DNA from: Methanobacteriota archaeon
GTDB taxonomy: Archaea > Thermoplasmatota > Thermoplasmata > SG8-5 > DAIRED01
Reading direction: 5' to 3'
Assembly (NCBI GenBank): GCA_043799545.1
Contig: JAZDNO010000011.1
Coordinates: 1-36,808, forward strand
Length of the DNA: 36,808 nt
Positions 1 to 9,606 of the stretch are shown piece by piece; the stretch's first letter is position 1; each line of letters starts with the position of its first letter. A program made the position numbers and the translations under genes. Below the pieces are notes generated by a model, which ran no database searches, was not told where the DNA came from, and saw only the letters and a program-made list of their open reading frames with translations.

Positions 1-1
1 C

Positions 2-421
2 GAAAATCTTCGCCCCTGGACCTATGTAGACGTTGTCTCCTATGACCGGGGCTTCGGACGTTGTGCCAGCTCGCACACCGATGTGGGCGCCGGCATGTAT
101 CCTGCAATTCTTTCCTATCCTCGCGCAATCGTTTACGATGATCGTCCCGCAATGAGCGATGCTCAGACCGGGTCCGAAGACGTTCGGGGGTATCGTGAAT
201 CCAAGCCTGAGGCCGAGCTCGCTCAGCTTGTACGCGTTGTACTTTGCCATCGGAGACGACATGGATGGCTTCGGGCGGTTGAGGCGGAACTCCCGCTCTC
301 TTAGCAGGCGCTCGAACTTCCAAATCCAGTCGCCGTAGAGCGCGGGCTTCGCGGTTTGAAAACCCAGGGACAATCTATCGGCTTCCAGATAATGCATCAA
401 ATCCTGTTTGCTCTTAATCAT
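2..421 (-). CDS. Serine O-acetyltransferase-like (CysE/WcaB-type hexapeptide) acetyltransferase, 3' end outside window
   Basis: Not in the ORF track; translated by hand from ATG at 421: MIKSKQDLMHYLEADRLSLG...LGFTIPPNVFGPGLSIAHCGTIIVNDCARIGKNCRIHAGAHIG...APVIGDNVYIGPGAKIF. These are typical left-handed beta-helix repeats of polysaccharide-cluster serine-acetyltransferase homologues. Confidence 0.85.
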   Translation of the reverse strand, partial: MIKSKQDLMHYLEADRLSLGFQTAKPALYGDWIWKFERLLREREFRLNRPKPSMSSPMAKYNAYKLSELGLRLGFTIPPNVFGPGLSIAHCGTIIVNDCARIGKNCRIHAGAHIGVRAGTTSEAPVIGDNVYIGPGAKIF

Positions 422-470
422 GGGACTACGACCGCAGGCTCCCCTATCGAATCACCAAGTATTAAAATAA

Positions 471-1607
471 TCACTTTGCCCGCTTTAGGACGACATCCTG
501 GAGGAACTCAAGTCTTCGGGCTTCTTTCACATCGGCGTCGATGCACCGCATGTCTTCGCGAGCCACCCTCCTTCCCTTCCATTCGGAGACGAATTTCTTT
601 ATCGCCTCGAGATTATCCTCGACGTTGGATTCCGTGTTCGGGAGCCGGAGGATGAACGGAGCGCCGTCAGGAAAATCCGTGTCCTTGTAACCGATTATCG
701 TCGGAATGCCGTGCGCCAGGTATTCCCTCACCTTCAGCGGGCTGGCCTCGTCCACGCCGTTCCTGTGCACCGCGATGGACCCAACCGCAATGTCGGCTCC
801 GCGGATTATCCTTGAGTATTCCTCTTTGTCCAGGCGCCCATGGTACTTGATGTTCGCAGGGACTCCCGCAACCCCGCGCGGAGCCTCCGACCCGATTATG
901 TCGAAATCCCATCCCGGCATCTTTCTCGCCAGCAATTCGATTTTGTCAACGCCGTGCCATCTTTGGTCCGGGGAGCCAATGAAAATAATCCTGGGCCTCT
1001 GGTTGCGCGGCGGCTCGTACACCTGGTACTCCGACAGGGCGATGCCATTTGATATCACAATCCCGGGTTTGCGGTACCTGGAAAACAGGACCCTGAACTC
1101 CTCGCTGAGGTAAATGTACCCAGTCAGCCTTCGGTAGAGCGACCTTCTCGTGAACAGATAAAAAATTAATTTCCCGTACTCCCTCCGCTTCTCGAGGTAC
1201 GGTCTGACCTCGACATAGTCGTTCGAGTTGATTTCCATCACCGAGGGGTACGTAGCGAAGATTTTTGCGACGTAAGGATGCAGCCAAACAAAGCGAAGAT
1301 ACAGGATGTCTGGCTTCCATGGCTCGATCTTCCGTTTCAGAAGGTCGAAATCCATCTTCTCCCGGAAATCCCTGACGACGGTGATGTCTATGTCGAATTC
1401 CCTCAGCCCGTCCCACACCTTCTCTCCGCTTGAAACCGCGAACAATTTTACGGCGTGCCCTTTTCCTTGCCAGATGCGCATCTGCATTGCTATCTTCTTC
1501 AACACCCCCGTCTCGATGTCCACGTCCTCGCATATGACGTATGCGATTCTCAGGCTCCGGGGCGCTGCTTGCGGCTCGTCCATCGAAAGCCGCAATGCCC
1601 GCTGCAT
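471..1607 (-). CDS. Glycosyltransferase family 4 (GT-B fold)
   Basis: 378 aa; C-terminal GT4 features (IIFIGS, FDIIG, YHGRL, SPLKVREYLAHGIPTI). The true start may be the downstream MDEPQ Met. Confidence 0.85.
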   Translation of the reverse strand: MQRALRLSMDEPQAAPRSLRIAYVICEDVDIETGVLKKIAMQMRIWQGKGHAVKLFAVSSGEKVWDGLREFDIDITVVRDFREKMDFDLLKRKIEPWKPDILYLRFVWLHPYVAKIFATYPSVMEINSNDYVEVRPYLEKRREYGKLIFYLFTRRSLYRRLTGYIYLSEEFRVLFSRYRKPGIVISNGIALSEYQVYEPPRNQRPRIIFIGSPDQRWHGVDKIELLARKMPGWDFDIIGSEAPRGVAGVPANIKYHGRLDKEEYSRIIRGADIAVGSIAVHRNGVDEASPLKVREYLAHGIPTIIGYKDTDFPDGAPFILRLPNTESNVEDNLEAIKKFVSEWKGRRVAREDMRCIDADVKEARRLEFLQDVVLKRAK

Positions 1608-1704
1608 TTATATGGGTTGCTGAGTCGATGCGCGCGTCTCGCAAGCCGTTCGGGAATGGCTGGCGGTCCCTGTTGTCGCTTTAAGAAACATGGCCGAAGC
1701 CTGG

Positions 1705-2778
1705 TCATTTTTCAAAGTACTTCTCGATTTCCGCCAGGATTTTCACCGAGGCGTTGCCGTCTCCGTATTCCTTCTTCCTGCCTCCCCGCGGATGGAACGT
1801 TTTTATGGCGCGCGTCAGAGATTGGACGTCCGCCCCAATCAATTTGTTCCAGCCAGCGGACACGGTCTCGGTCCAGGGCGTGCTGTCGAGCAGCGTGATG
1901 CACGGCGTCCCGACGATGTACGCCTCTTTCTGAATCCCACCTGAATCGGTAATCACCGCGCTGGCCCCTTCGAGGACGGATATCACGTCGAGGTATCCCA
2001 GCGGGTCAACCGCGAGGATTTCGCCCTCCGAAATGAGCTTTTTGATTGCCGGGTCTCCCATCATTTTTTGAGTCCTGGGGTGTACCGGGAAAACCGTTTG
2101 GATTCCGGCTTCGGACACGGCGGCCACAATCTTGCGCAGGCGGCGCACGTCGTCGGCGTTGTCAGGCCTGTGAATGGTCAGAAGCAGGTAGGATTTCCTG
2201 GCGAGGCCGAATCTCTTTAACGCCACCGCGCGCTTCCTGGCGCGCCCCAGGTTTTGCATCAGGCAATCCATCATCACGTCGCCAGTACGCTTCGCCGTAT
2301 CGGCAAGCCCCTCGCGCCTGAGGTTCGCCATCGCCTGGGCGGTCGGCGCAAAATTCAAAACCGCAAGGCGGTCCGCCACTATCCGGTTGACCTCCTCGGG
2401 GAAGTGCGTATCCCAGTTCCGCAGGCCAGCCTCCACATGAGCCGACGGAACCGCGACCTTTGAAGCCACCAAGGACGCGGCCAGCGTCGAGTTCGTGTCC
2501 CCGAAGGCGACCAGCATGTCCGGCCTCTCCTTGAGCACGACCTTTTCAAACTCCATCATGATGCTGCCGGTTTGAAAGGCGTGGGTTCCCGAGCCCACGC
2601 TCAGGTTATAATCCGGGGTCGGTATTTCCAAATCCTTGAAGAACACGCTGGACATCTCGTAGTCATAATGCTGGCCCGTGTGGACGACAATCTCGTCGTG
2701 CCGCCTGCGCAGGACCTTCGAGAGGGGGGCCAATTTGATGAATTGGGGCCGGGCTCCCACGACGGTCATGATTTTCAT
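1705..2778 (-). CDS. wecB: Non-hydrolysing UDP-N-acetylglucosamine 2-epimerase family (WbpI-like subtype)
   Basis: MKIMTVVGARPQFIK, HTGQHYD, GDTNSTLA, HVEAGLR, PEEVNR, TDSGGIQKEA motifs. Confidence 0.93.
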   Translation of the reverse strand: MKIMTVVGARPQFIKLAPLSKVLRRRHDEIVVHTGQHYDYEMSSVFFKDLEIPTPDYNLSVGSGTHAFQTGSIMMEFEKVVLKERPDMLVAFGDTNSTLAASLVASKVAVPSAHVEAGLRNWDTHFPEEVNRIVADRLAVLNFAPTAQAMANLRREGLADTAKRTGDVMMDCLMQNLGRARKRAVALKRFGLARKSYLLLTIHRPDNADDVRRLRKIVAAVSEAGIQTVFPVHPRTQKMMGDPAIKKLISEGEILAVDPLGYLDVISVLEGASAVITDSGGIQKEAYIVGTPCITLLDSTPWTETVSAGWNKLIGADVQSLTRAIKTFHPRGGRKKEYGDGNASVKILAEIEKYFEK

Positions 2779-2860
2779 GATTGTGGGTATTCTAGCTCAC
2801 TATTAAAGGTTTTATAGCGCGTTATCAAAAGTATTATATTCGATGGGAACCTTTTGACGG

Positions 2861-3514
2861 ATGTTGACTAAAAAAACGGTGCTGACCATATCCGCCCACG
2901 CCGACGACGCGCACGTCGCCCTGGGAGGGACCATGAGGAGGCTTTTGGAAAGCGGCGATTATGACATCCATTACGTGGCATTCTCAATCGCCGAGGATTC
3001 TGTTCCGAAAGGGTTTCCGGCGGGCATCGTGGAGAAGGAGTGCCTCGCGGGTCTAGCGTTGCTGGGAGTGAACCGGAATAAAACCAAGATTTACAAGTAT
3101 CCAGTCCGCAAACTCCCGGAGTACAGACAGGAAATCCTGGAGATACTAGTGAAGATGCGCAAGGAGCTGGATCCATCAATCGTTTTCATTCCCTCCACGG
3201 AGGACATACATCAGGACCATATCGTCGTGTCCCAGGAGGGCATAAGGGCGTTCAGGCGCACGAGCTCGATTTTCGGCTACGATTTCCCATGGAATGTGCT
3301 TTACGGGGAGCGGCTGAACCTCTTCTACGAGATTTCCAAATCCCAGCTGGACCGCAAGGTGAAATCGCTGCAGTGCTACAAGTCGCAGATAGCAAAGATG
3401 AACAATTGCCTGTCTCCGAATTACGTCAGGAGCCTGGCCGTCGAGCGCGGGCAGCGCATAGGCGTGGATTACGCCGAGGGATTCGAAATAGTGCGAGAAG
3501 TCAGATACCTATGA
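2861..3514 (+). CDS. PIG-L/LmbE family N-acetylhexosamine deacetylase
   Basis: SAHADDAHVALGGT (HxDD metal motif variant), DIHQDH motif, C-terminal YAEGFE. Confidence 0.85.
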   Translation: MLTKKTVLTISAHADDAHVALGGTMRRLLESGDYDIHYVAFSIAEDSVPKGFPAGIVEKECLAGLALLGVNRNKTKIYKYPVRKLPEYRQEILEILVKMRKELDPSIVFIPSTEDIHQDHIVVSQEGIRAFRRTSSIFGYDFPWNVLYGERLNLFYEISKSQLDRKVKSLQCYKSQIAKMNNCLSPNYVRSLAVERGQRIGVDYAEGFEIVREVRYL

Positions 3515-4065
3515 CAAATGACGAGCGGTTGGCATTCGCGAAGGCTCAGAGGAAAAAGTATCCTAAGCTGATAAGGCCGTTCATTCACCCATCGGTGAAA
3601 ATAGAATCCTGGGTGAAAATAGGCAAGAACGTGACCATCCACGAGGGTTGCACCATTGGCACGGAAGGTTTCGGCTTTGTTAAGGAGCGCGGGAAATGGC
3701 TGCACATCCCCCACGTTGGCGGGGTCGTCATCGGGGACGACGTGGAGATATTCCCCCATTCCAACGTGGACCGGGGGACCGTGAACGACACCGTGATTGG
3801 CAAAGGAACGAAGATCGACCACTACTGCCACATCGGCCACAACTCGAAGGTTGGCGAGAACTGCGTCATCACGGCGCATGTGATCATCGGCGGCTCGGCG
3901 GTTATCGGGGATGACGTATGGATTGGTCCCAACAGCACCGTGTTGAACAAAGTGACGGTCGGCAGCAACGTCTACATCGGTTCGCAGACGAACGTCATCA
4001 AGTCCGTGCCGGATAACAAGGTCGTGGTAGGCAATCCAGCGAGATTCATAAACCGCAAGAAGTGA
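3511..4065 (+). CDS. LpxD-like hexapeptide-repeat N-acyltransferase (beta-helix only, 184 aa)
   Basis: Start placed at ATG 3511 (ATGA overlap with the PIG-L stop). IGTEGFGF, IPHVGGVVIGDDVEI, VDRGTVNDTVIGKGTKID, HIGHN match the LpxD catalytic beta-helix pattern. Confidence 0.8.
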   Translation: MTNDERLAFAKAQRKKYPKLIRPFIHPSVKIESWVKIGKNVTIHEGCTIGTEGFGFVKERGKWLHIPHVGGVVIGDDVEIFPHSNVDRGTVNDTVIGKGTKIDHYCHIGHNSKVGENCVITAHVIIGGSAVIGDDVWIGPNSTVLNKVTVGSNVYIGSQTNVIKSVPDNKVVVGNPARFINRKK

Positions 4066-4074
4066 TTTTAAATC

Positions 4075-5163
4075 ATGAACGTCCTCTTCAACCTCCCGTC
4101 GGTACCGCAATATTCGGCGATGTTCCAGATGTGCAAGTCGCTCGCTGGAATGTTGGACTCGCTTACCGTGGTCACGAACGAATCCGACCCCATACGCCTC
4201 GGGGAAACGCCTTCAAACCTGCATGTGCTGGAACTGCCGAGGTCGAAGCCGCGGTTCCTGTCGGGCCTGCTTTCCGAAACCGGATGCCGAAAGGCGGACA
4301 TCATCCACGACACGTTCGGATATTTCATTCCGCTGGGCGCGCTCGCAAAGCTCTCCAGCTCAAAGAAGTACGTTACCTCCGTCTGGGGCTCCTCCGCGGG
4401 CTGGTGTCGCAAGGCGGTGGAAATCGGATTCGGCGACGAGGCCGAGATCAGCCTGAATCGCGGCCTGGCGCGCAGGGAGCAGATAAATTCCATGCTCTGC
4501 GACGCGATAATGGTCAACAGCCAGGCTTTTGTCGAGGATTATGTGGAGTATTTCAACTTCCCACGTTCGAAGGTCTTCGAGGTCCCGGAATGCGTCACCG
4601 TCGACCCGAAGCTGGGATACTCTGGCCGACCCGACGGACCGTTTCGTATCCTGTATGTGGGCCACATATCCAAGATGAAAGGCATCCATCTGCTGCTGGA
4701 AGCGTTCCAAAAACTGGTCGCCGAAGGGCGCGAGGCAAGGCTGACAGCGGTTGGGCGCTTCGTCCCGCACGATAGAAAAATCATTGAGGCCAAAGATTGG
4801 GAGGGCGTCGAGTTCGTGGGGCCGCTCCCGCAGCCCGAGCTGGCGCCATATTTCAGGCAAGCCGATTTGTTCGTGCTCCCATCGTACATGGAAGGCATGC
4901 CGCGCGTAGTGATGGAGGCGCTGTCTTGGGGTGTTCCCGTCATAGCTTCGGACTTGCCAGGAATCAGAAGGCTCGACGACTCCGGGCGGCTCATCCGAAT
5001 CATGCCAGATTTCAACGCCAGCAACTTGAAGGATATATTGGCCGAGGAAATGTCCAGGCGCAGAAAGACCGAGCAATTTTTCCTATCGGCGAGGAATGCG
5101 ATGGCCTCATTCTCTCCAGAAAACACGGCAAATAAAATATTCGAAGTTTATAATTCATTATAA
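4075..5163 (+). CDS. Glycosyltransferase family 4
   Basis: ILYVGHISKMKGIHLLLEAF, ADLFVLPSYMEGMPRVVMEALSWGVPVIASD (ExxE motif). Confidence 0.92.
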   Translation: MNVLFNLPSVPQYSAMFQMCKSLAGMLDSLTVVTNESDPIRLGETPSNLHVLELPRSKPRFLSGLLSETGCRKADIIHDTFGYFIPLGALAKLSSSKKYVTSVWGSSAGWCRKAVEIGFGDEAEISLNRGLARREQINSMLCDAIMVNSQAFVEDYVEYFNFPRSKVFEVPECVTVDPKLGYSGRPDGPFRILYVGHISKMKGIHLLLEAFQKLVAEGREARLTAVGRFVPHDRKIIEAKDWEGVEFVGPLPQPELAPYFRQADLFVLPSYMEGMPRVVMEALSWGVPVIASDLPGIRRLDDSGRLIRIMPDFNASNLKDILAEEMSRRRKTEQFFLSARNAMASFSPENTANKIFEVYNSL

Positions 5164-6963
5164 TAAAATATAATATACAACGTTCCCCGGGGAGCAATAC
5201 ACCAAATCGCAGTTGGTTTCGCAATAATTTTGAATTGCCTGGTAGTCGTCGGGCCTTTCCTCCCACGTATAATGCCAGAGGCTCGAATCGGTGAATACGA
5301 AGTATGTGCCAGCCTGGTTCAATCTCGGGCTTTGCGGGTCGAAGTCGACAAGGCTCAGCAAGTACATTTCACCCACACCCAGCTCGATAAAAGGCCGCTT
5401 GCTGAACATTATTCCGTGGTTGTCCCCGTATGAGTAGACGGAGCCCGCGTTCGCGTGCCAGATGGTGTACAGATATCTGTCGCGATTCTGCGGGGGCGTG
5501 AAATAACTGCCTTGGTTGTAATGGTACGCGATGGCGCCGATGGCCGGGGACAGCATGAGCAATGCTAGGACCAAGGTGACCAGCGCCTTCCTTTTGTCCG
5601 CTCCCGGCGTCCACCTGACCTTTGGAAACCCCTCCCGAAGGAGGTAAATCACCATGATGACGCTTCCCAAAGAAAGGTACAGGAACGAGCGGTCCCCCAT
5701 GTTCATGGATGGGAACAGGATGTTGCCGATAGAGAAAATCCCCGTCGCGGCGAAGCTCCCCATCGCCAACAGGTTGGTCCCGCGGAAATCTCCATTCTTG
5801 AACATCTTGAATGTACCAAAAACGGAGAGCGCGAAGAACGCCCCCAGCACGCACAACCTGATCAATTCCGGGATGAGGAAATGCCCCCCGACGCGCTCGA
5901 GGCCCGGCAGCCCGACCTGCCCCGGAGAGAACGGGCCCGCGCCGCCTGCAGACACGCCGATGGCGTTTGCCAAGACCGACAGAGAGTTACCGCCGTTGAA
6001 GGTTACCGACGCGAGGTGGGATATCATCGGGTTTGTCAAAACCATTCCCACGAGAAAGTACGCCGCCACAGGCGCGCTGACATTCAGCTCGCTCGGCGAT
6101 TTCTTTGCGAATATCAGCAACCGGTGCATGAATACGATGAATGCGTAGGTCAGGGCGAAGTAAATCGCCGTCGGGCCGTGCGTGAATATCAGGAGCGTGA
6201 AAAGGAGCACCTGGATGGCCAGGCACTTCTTCCGGTTGTCGCTCGGGACCGCGACGGTGTATAATAAAATAGGCAGCAAAATCAGCCCGAACGCGTGCGG
6301 CGACCAATGGAACTGGAAGTACGGGATTCCCAGTATCATGACGATGCTGATTCCCCTAGCCCTCCTGAGCGTGGTCAGCTTCGTGAAGAGGTAGTACATG
6401 CAACCGAAGAACCAGAGCGGCACCAGGAACCTGAAAACGGACAGGACGAACACGACATCGCCGTTTCCCAGGCCCATCGTTTCGGCCACCACCTTCGTGA
6501 ACATGAAGGAGCCGAAATAGCCGTTGGGGTACGCCCCGAGGTCGAATGAAAAGAATGTGTTGCCAGAGTCAGCCAGGGCGGCGCCCTTGACGAAGTGCAG
6601 GTAGGCGTCCGTGCTGCCCACCGGCTCCGCAAGGAAGAACGATTCTATGTTCACGAACAGCACGACGAAGATCAGGATGGAGAGCGGAAAATAACCCCGT
6701 TTCTTGTTGAAGACGTTGGCCACCATGAGCGAAAAAGACATCGCGATGGCCAGCCAGTATTCCCAAGGGATGACGTTCAAAATCCCGAACTGGGAATCGG
6801 GCGACAGGCGCATCAGCGGTCTTGTGTTTAGCGATGCCACAATGGCCAGGACTAGCGAGAGGAGGGTAAGTGCCGTGAAGCCGACGGGGGACTGCAACCA
6901 TCGCGCCACCCGGCTTCCAACGTCGGCGATAGCCCTATTCATAAATCTGATAAAACCCCTCAA
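5158..6963 (-). CDS. Polytopic membrane protein, putative GT-C-fold glycosyltransferase or glycan polymerase
   Basis: 601 aa with about 12-13 hydrophobic segments; early extracytoplasmic loop STDAYLH...AYPNG; short soluble C-terminal domain; sits among glycosyltransferases. Function is inferred. Confidence 0.6.
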   Translation of the reverse strand: MRGFIRFMNRAIADVGSRVARWLQSPVGFTALTLLSLVLAIVASLNTRPLMRLSPDSQFGILNVIPWEYWLAIAMSFSLMVANVFNKKRGYFPLSILIFVVLFVNIESFFLAEPVGSTDAYLHFVKGAALADSGNTFFSFDLGAYPNGYFGSFMFTKVVAETMGLGNGDVVFVLSVFRFLVPLWFFGCMYYLFTKLTTLRRARGISIVMILGIPYFQFHWSPHAFGLILLPILLYTVAVPSDNRKKCLAIQVLLFTLLIFTHGPTAIYFALTYAFIVFMHRLLIFAKKSPSELNVSAPVAAYFLVGMVLTNPMISHLASVTFNGGNSLSVLANAIGVSAGGAGPFSPGQVGLPGLERVGGHFLIPELIRLCVLGAFFALSVFGTFKMFKNGDFRGTNLLAMGSFAATGIFSIGNILFPSMNMGDRSFLYLSLGSVIMVIYLLREGFPKVRWTPGADKRKALVTLVLALLMLSPAIGAIAYHYNQGSYFTPPQNRDRYLYTIWHANAGSVYSYGDNHGIMFSKRPFIELGVGEMYLLSLVDFDPQSPRLNQAGTYFVFTDSSLWHYTWEERPDDYQAIQNYCETNCDLVYCSPGNVVYYILL

Positions 6964-6969
6964 TCTATA

Positions 6970-8145
6970 TTAACGTGTCCCTTCGCTAGTTCCCCTCGCG
7001 AGTTTTTCATATTCCGTCAGGTAGCTTGCCGGTGAGAAGTTCGCTAGGTATGTTTTTAGAATCTCCTCCCGGGAAAGGTCCGGCAACCTGATGTCTTTGA
7101 GCCCGGCCTCCAAACCATCCGCGGGTATCACCAGTTTCTCCGAGAGCATGCCGGCAATCTCCTTCGTGCCGCCCATGTCGGAGCATACTGTGGGCGTTCC
7201 GACGGACATGGCTTCCAGCGCTGTGACGGGGTGGTTCTCAGGGCCGATGGATGGGATCAGGAGCGCCTTCGCCTTCTTCAGGTACGGCCAGCGCCCGTCC
7301 GACATCCAGCCGAGATATTTCACGCGCGGTGCCAGCCCGAGATTCCCGATGGTCTCCTCGACCAACCCAGCCAGCGGCCCGTCGCCTATCAAAATCAAAC
7401 TCTGATCGGACTTGGAAAACGCCTCCAGCAGCACCCTGACCCCTTTGTGCTCTTCAAGGACTCCAAGATAGAGGAAGAAATCGTTGTCCGGTACGTCTGG
7501 TATCTCAATTGGCGGCTCGGGCGCGAAGTTCGGCAGGACTTTGATTTTCAGCCCGAGCCCTGAGAGCTTTCCGGCCATGTATCTGGACGGCGCGATTGCG
7601 CAATCGATGTCCTCCAGCCTCAGCCTGCCCCTCCAGAGCTGGGGCGGCCTTCCGCTGGCAACTGCGCACCAGATGCAGCCAGTCCCGTCGCAGACGCCCC
7701 CGCCCCGCATGAGGTTGTTCTTCTGGCAGATGAGCCAGTAGTCGTGCGCCGTGTAGAGCTGCCTGTAAGCCCCGGTCTTCTCCAGCAGGCTCGCCCCGAG
7801 GAGTGAGATGTTGTGGTGGTGGACGACGTCTGGTGCTATTTCCTTGAGGAGCGCCCGGTAGCGCCCGTCGAAATAGCCGGAGCGTCCGAACAGATAACCC
7901 TTGTACGTGCTGGCGAGCCCCGAACCGGACTTGAGCGGATGCATGTGGACGCCGTTTTCTTCGCTCACCGGAGCTTTCTCGGACTTGCCGCGCTTCAGCC
8001 TGTGCGCGTCCAAGCTGTGCATCACGTGGACCTCGTGCCCGCGCTTCGCCAGCTCCTCCGATAGATACTTGACGTGGACGGCGTCGCCGCCTATATGGAA
8101 CGGTGGGTAGAATGTCGTCGTCATAAGGAACTTTAACGTTTCCAT
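6970..8145 (-). CDS. Glycosyltransferase family 4
   Basis: FYPPFHIGG, PDVVHHHN, TAHDYWLIC, FLYLGVLEEHKGV, PENHPVTALEAMSVGTP. Confidence 0.92.
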   Translation of the reverse strand: METLKFLMTTTFYPPFHIGGDAVHVKYLSEELAKRGHEVHVMHSLDAHRLKRGKSEKAPVSEENGVHMHPLKSGSGLASTYKGYLFGRSGYFDGRYRALLKEIAPDVVHHHNISLLGASLLEKTGAYRQLYTAHDYWLICQKNNLMRGGGVCDGTGCIWCAVASGRPPQLWRGRLRLEDIDCAIAPSRYMAGKLSGLGLKIKVLPNFAPEPPIEIPDVPDNDFFLYLGVLEEHKGVRVLLEAFSKSDQSLILIGDGPLAGLVEETIGNLGLAPRVKYLGWMSDGRWPYLKKAKALLIPSIGPENHPVTALEAMSVGTPTVCSDMGGTKEIAGMLSEKLVIPADGLEAGLKDIRLPDLSREEILKTYLANFSPASYLTEYEKLARGTSEGTR

Positions 8146-8155
8146 GTAGCCCCGC

Positions 8156-9583
8156 CTAGTGCGCGTCCTGCATCCCGTGAAACGCCATGTTGTTTATTAT
8201 CTTGATGGAGTACCTCGCGGCCAGCTCGAAATCCTCCGGATTCCTGAGCACGTGCCTTACGTTCTCCAGCACCCACGCCGGGTTGGTGTAGACCGAGCGG
8301 TAGGCCATGATGCGCGCCTTGTCCAGCTCGGCGGGGGTCATCTCCTCCGTGCCGACCACGGAGGCGTGCTGGTACAGCTTCCTCCAGTCGGTTTCCTTGA
8401 GCAAACCTTTCGAAACCGCCCAATCGTGCAGCTTCGTCCCGGGGTACGGCACCGCCACGTTGAACTGCACGCCGGTCGGCAGGGTCTCCCTCACGAACGC
8501 GATGGTCTCCTCCACGGTCCGCCAGTTCTCCCCCGGCAGGCCGAAGATGAAGCTGCATAGGACCTTGATTCCCTGCCGCTTGGCCATTTTAATCGCCTCC
8601 TTGGCTTCCTCCACGGATATCCTTTTCGATGCAGTGTCGAGTATCTTCTGGCTGCCGGACTCGACGCCGAGGGACATTCCCCTGCATCCGGCTTCCCTCA
8701 TCGTCTTCAGCAGCTCTTCGTCCACGAGGTTCGCCCGGGTGTTGCAGTACCATTTTATTTGCATCTTCTCGGCGATCATCGCCTTGCAAATGGCCATGAC
8801 GCGCTCCCTGTCTATCGTGAACGTCTCGTCGAAGAAGGACACCAGTTTGACTCCGTAGTTTTTTTTCAGATACCTCAGCTCCTCCATGACGCTCTCCGCT
8901 GTGCGCGGCTTCCAAGGTGTGCCAGCCACGGTGCAATATATACAGCGGTACGGGCAGCCCCTGCTGGTGTACATTATCGTGAACGCGTCGCTCGTCGGGG
9001 TGTTGATGAAGTAGGGCTCCAGCGACGGAAGCAGGTCGTAAGCCGGGATTGGCAAGCCAGACAGGTCCGGTATGAGCTCGCGTGCGACATCGTTGACTCG
9101 GACGGCCGCGCCGCTTCTCCATGCCACCCCCCCTGTTTTGATTTCGCCGTTCCCCATCTCCTTGACGAGCGATGGCACGACCGCCTCGTAATCCCCGAGG
9201 ACCAGATGGTCCAGCTCCGGGACCGCGCCCATGACCTCCTCCGGTATCCGCGACATCGTCCAGCAGAGCCCGACCGTCTTCGCCCCGGCTTTCTTCGCGA
9301 GCCTGGCCACCGCCATGTCTCCGTCGAAGGTCGTCGGGGTGAATCTGAAGACAAGGGCGTCGGGTTTGAAATCCATAAGCCGCCTCTCCACCTCGTCCAG
9401 CTTCAAATCGAACCCGTTGGCGTCGATTAGCGAGACTTCGTGCCCATCCTTGCGGAGGATTGCAGCCAGCTGCAGCAGGCTGTAGGGCGGCAGGACCGAG
9501 TATCTCTCAGTTATCTCGCAGCGCTCCTCCCTGATGACGGGCAGACCGTTGTATCGGGGTGGATTGGCTAGCAGTATCCTCAT
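8156..9583 (-). CDS. Cobalamin-binding (class B) radical SAM protein
   Basis: N-terminal B12-binding-like domain (PPYSLLQLAAIL), SRGCPYRCIYC (CxxxCxxC), FFDETFT, GVESGSQ, FIFGLPGE. Confidence 0.9.
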   Translation of the reverse strand: MRILLANPPRYNGLPVIREERCEITERYSVLPPYSLLQLAAILRKDGHEVSLIDANGFDLKLDEVERRLMDFKPDALVFRFTPTTFDGDMAVARLAKKAGAKTVGLCWTMSRIPEEVMGAVPELDHLVLGDYEAVVPSLVKEMGNGEIKTGGVAWRSGAAVRVNDVARELIPDLSGLPIPAYDLLPSLEPYFINTPTSDAFTIMYTSRGCPYRCIYCTVAGTPWKPRTAESVMEELRYLKKNYGVKLVSFFDETFTIDRERVMAICKAMIAEKMQIKWYCNTRANLVDEELLKTMREAGCRGMSLGVESGSQKILDTASKRISVEEAKEAIKMAKRQGIKVLCSFIFGLPGENWRTVEETIAFVRETLPTGVQFNVAVPYPGTKLHDWAVSKGLLKETDWRKLYQHASVVGTEEMTPAELDKARIMAYRSVYTNPAWVLENVRHVLRNPEDFELAARYSIKIINNMAFHGMQDAH

Positions 9584-9606
9584 CGGTCGGGCATAAAGTC
9601 GGGAGC

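Noticed and set aside
83-655. Plus-strand ORFs at 83-304 and 356-655
   Set aside because: They overlap the convincing minus-strand acetyltransferase (2-421) and GT4 genes.
3289-3510. N-terminal extension of the acyltransferase ORF given in the track
   Set aside because: It overlaps the PIG-L gene in another frame; ATG 3511 with an ATGA overlap is the more plausible start. The same reasoning was applied to track starts 12096, 22475, 29136 and 35757.
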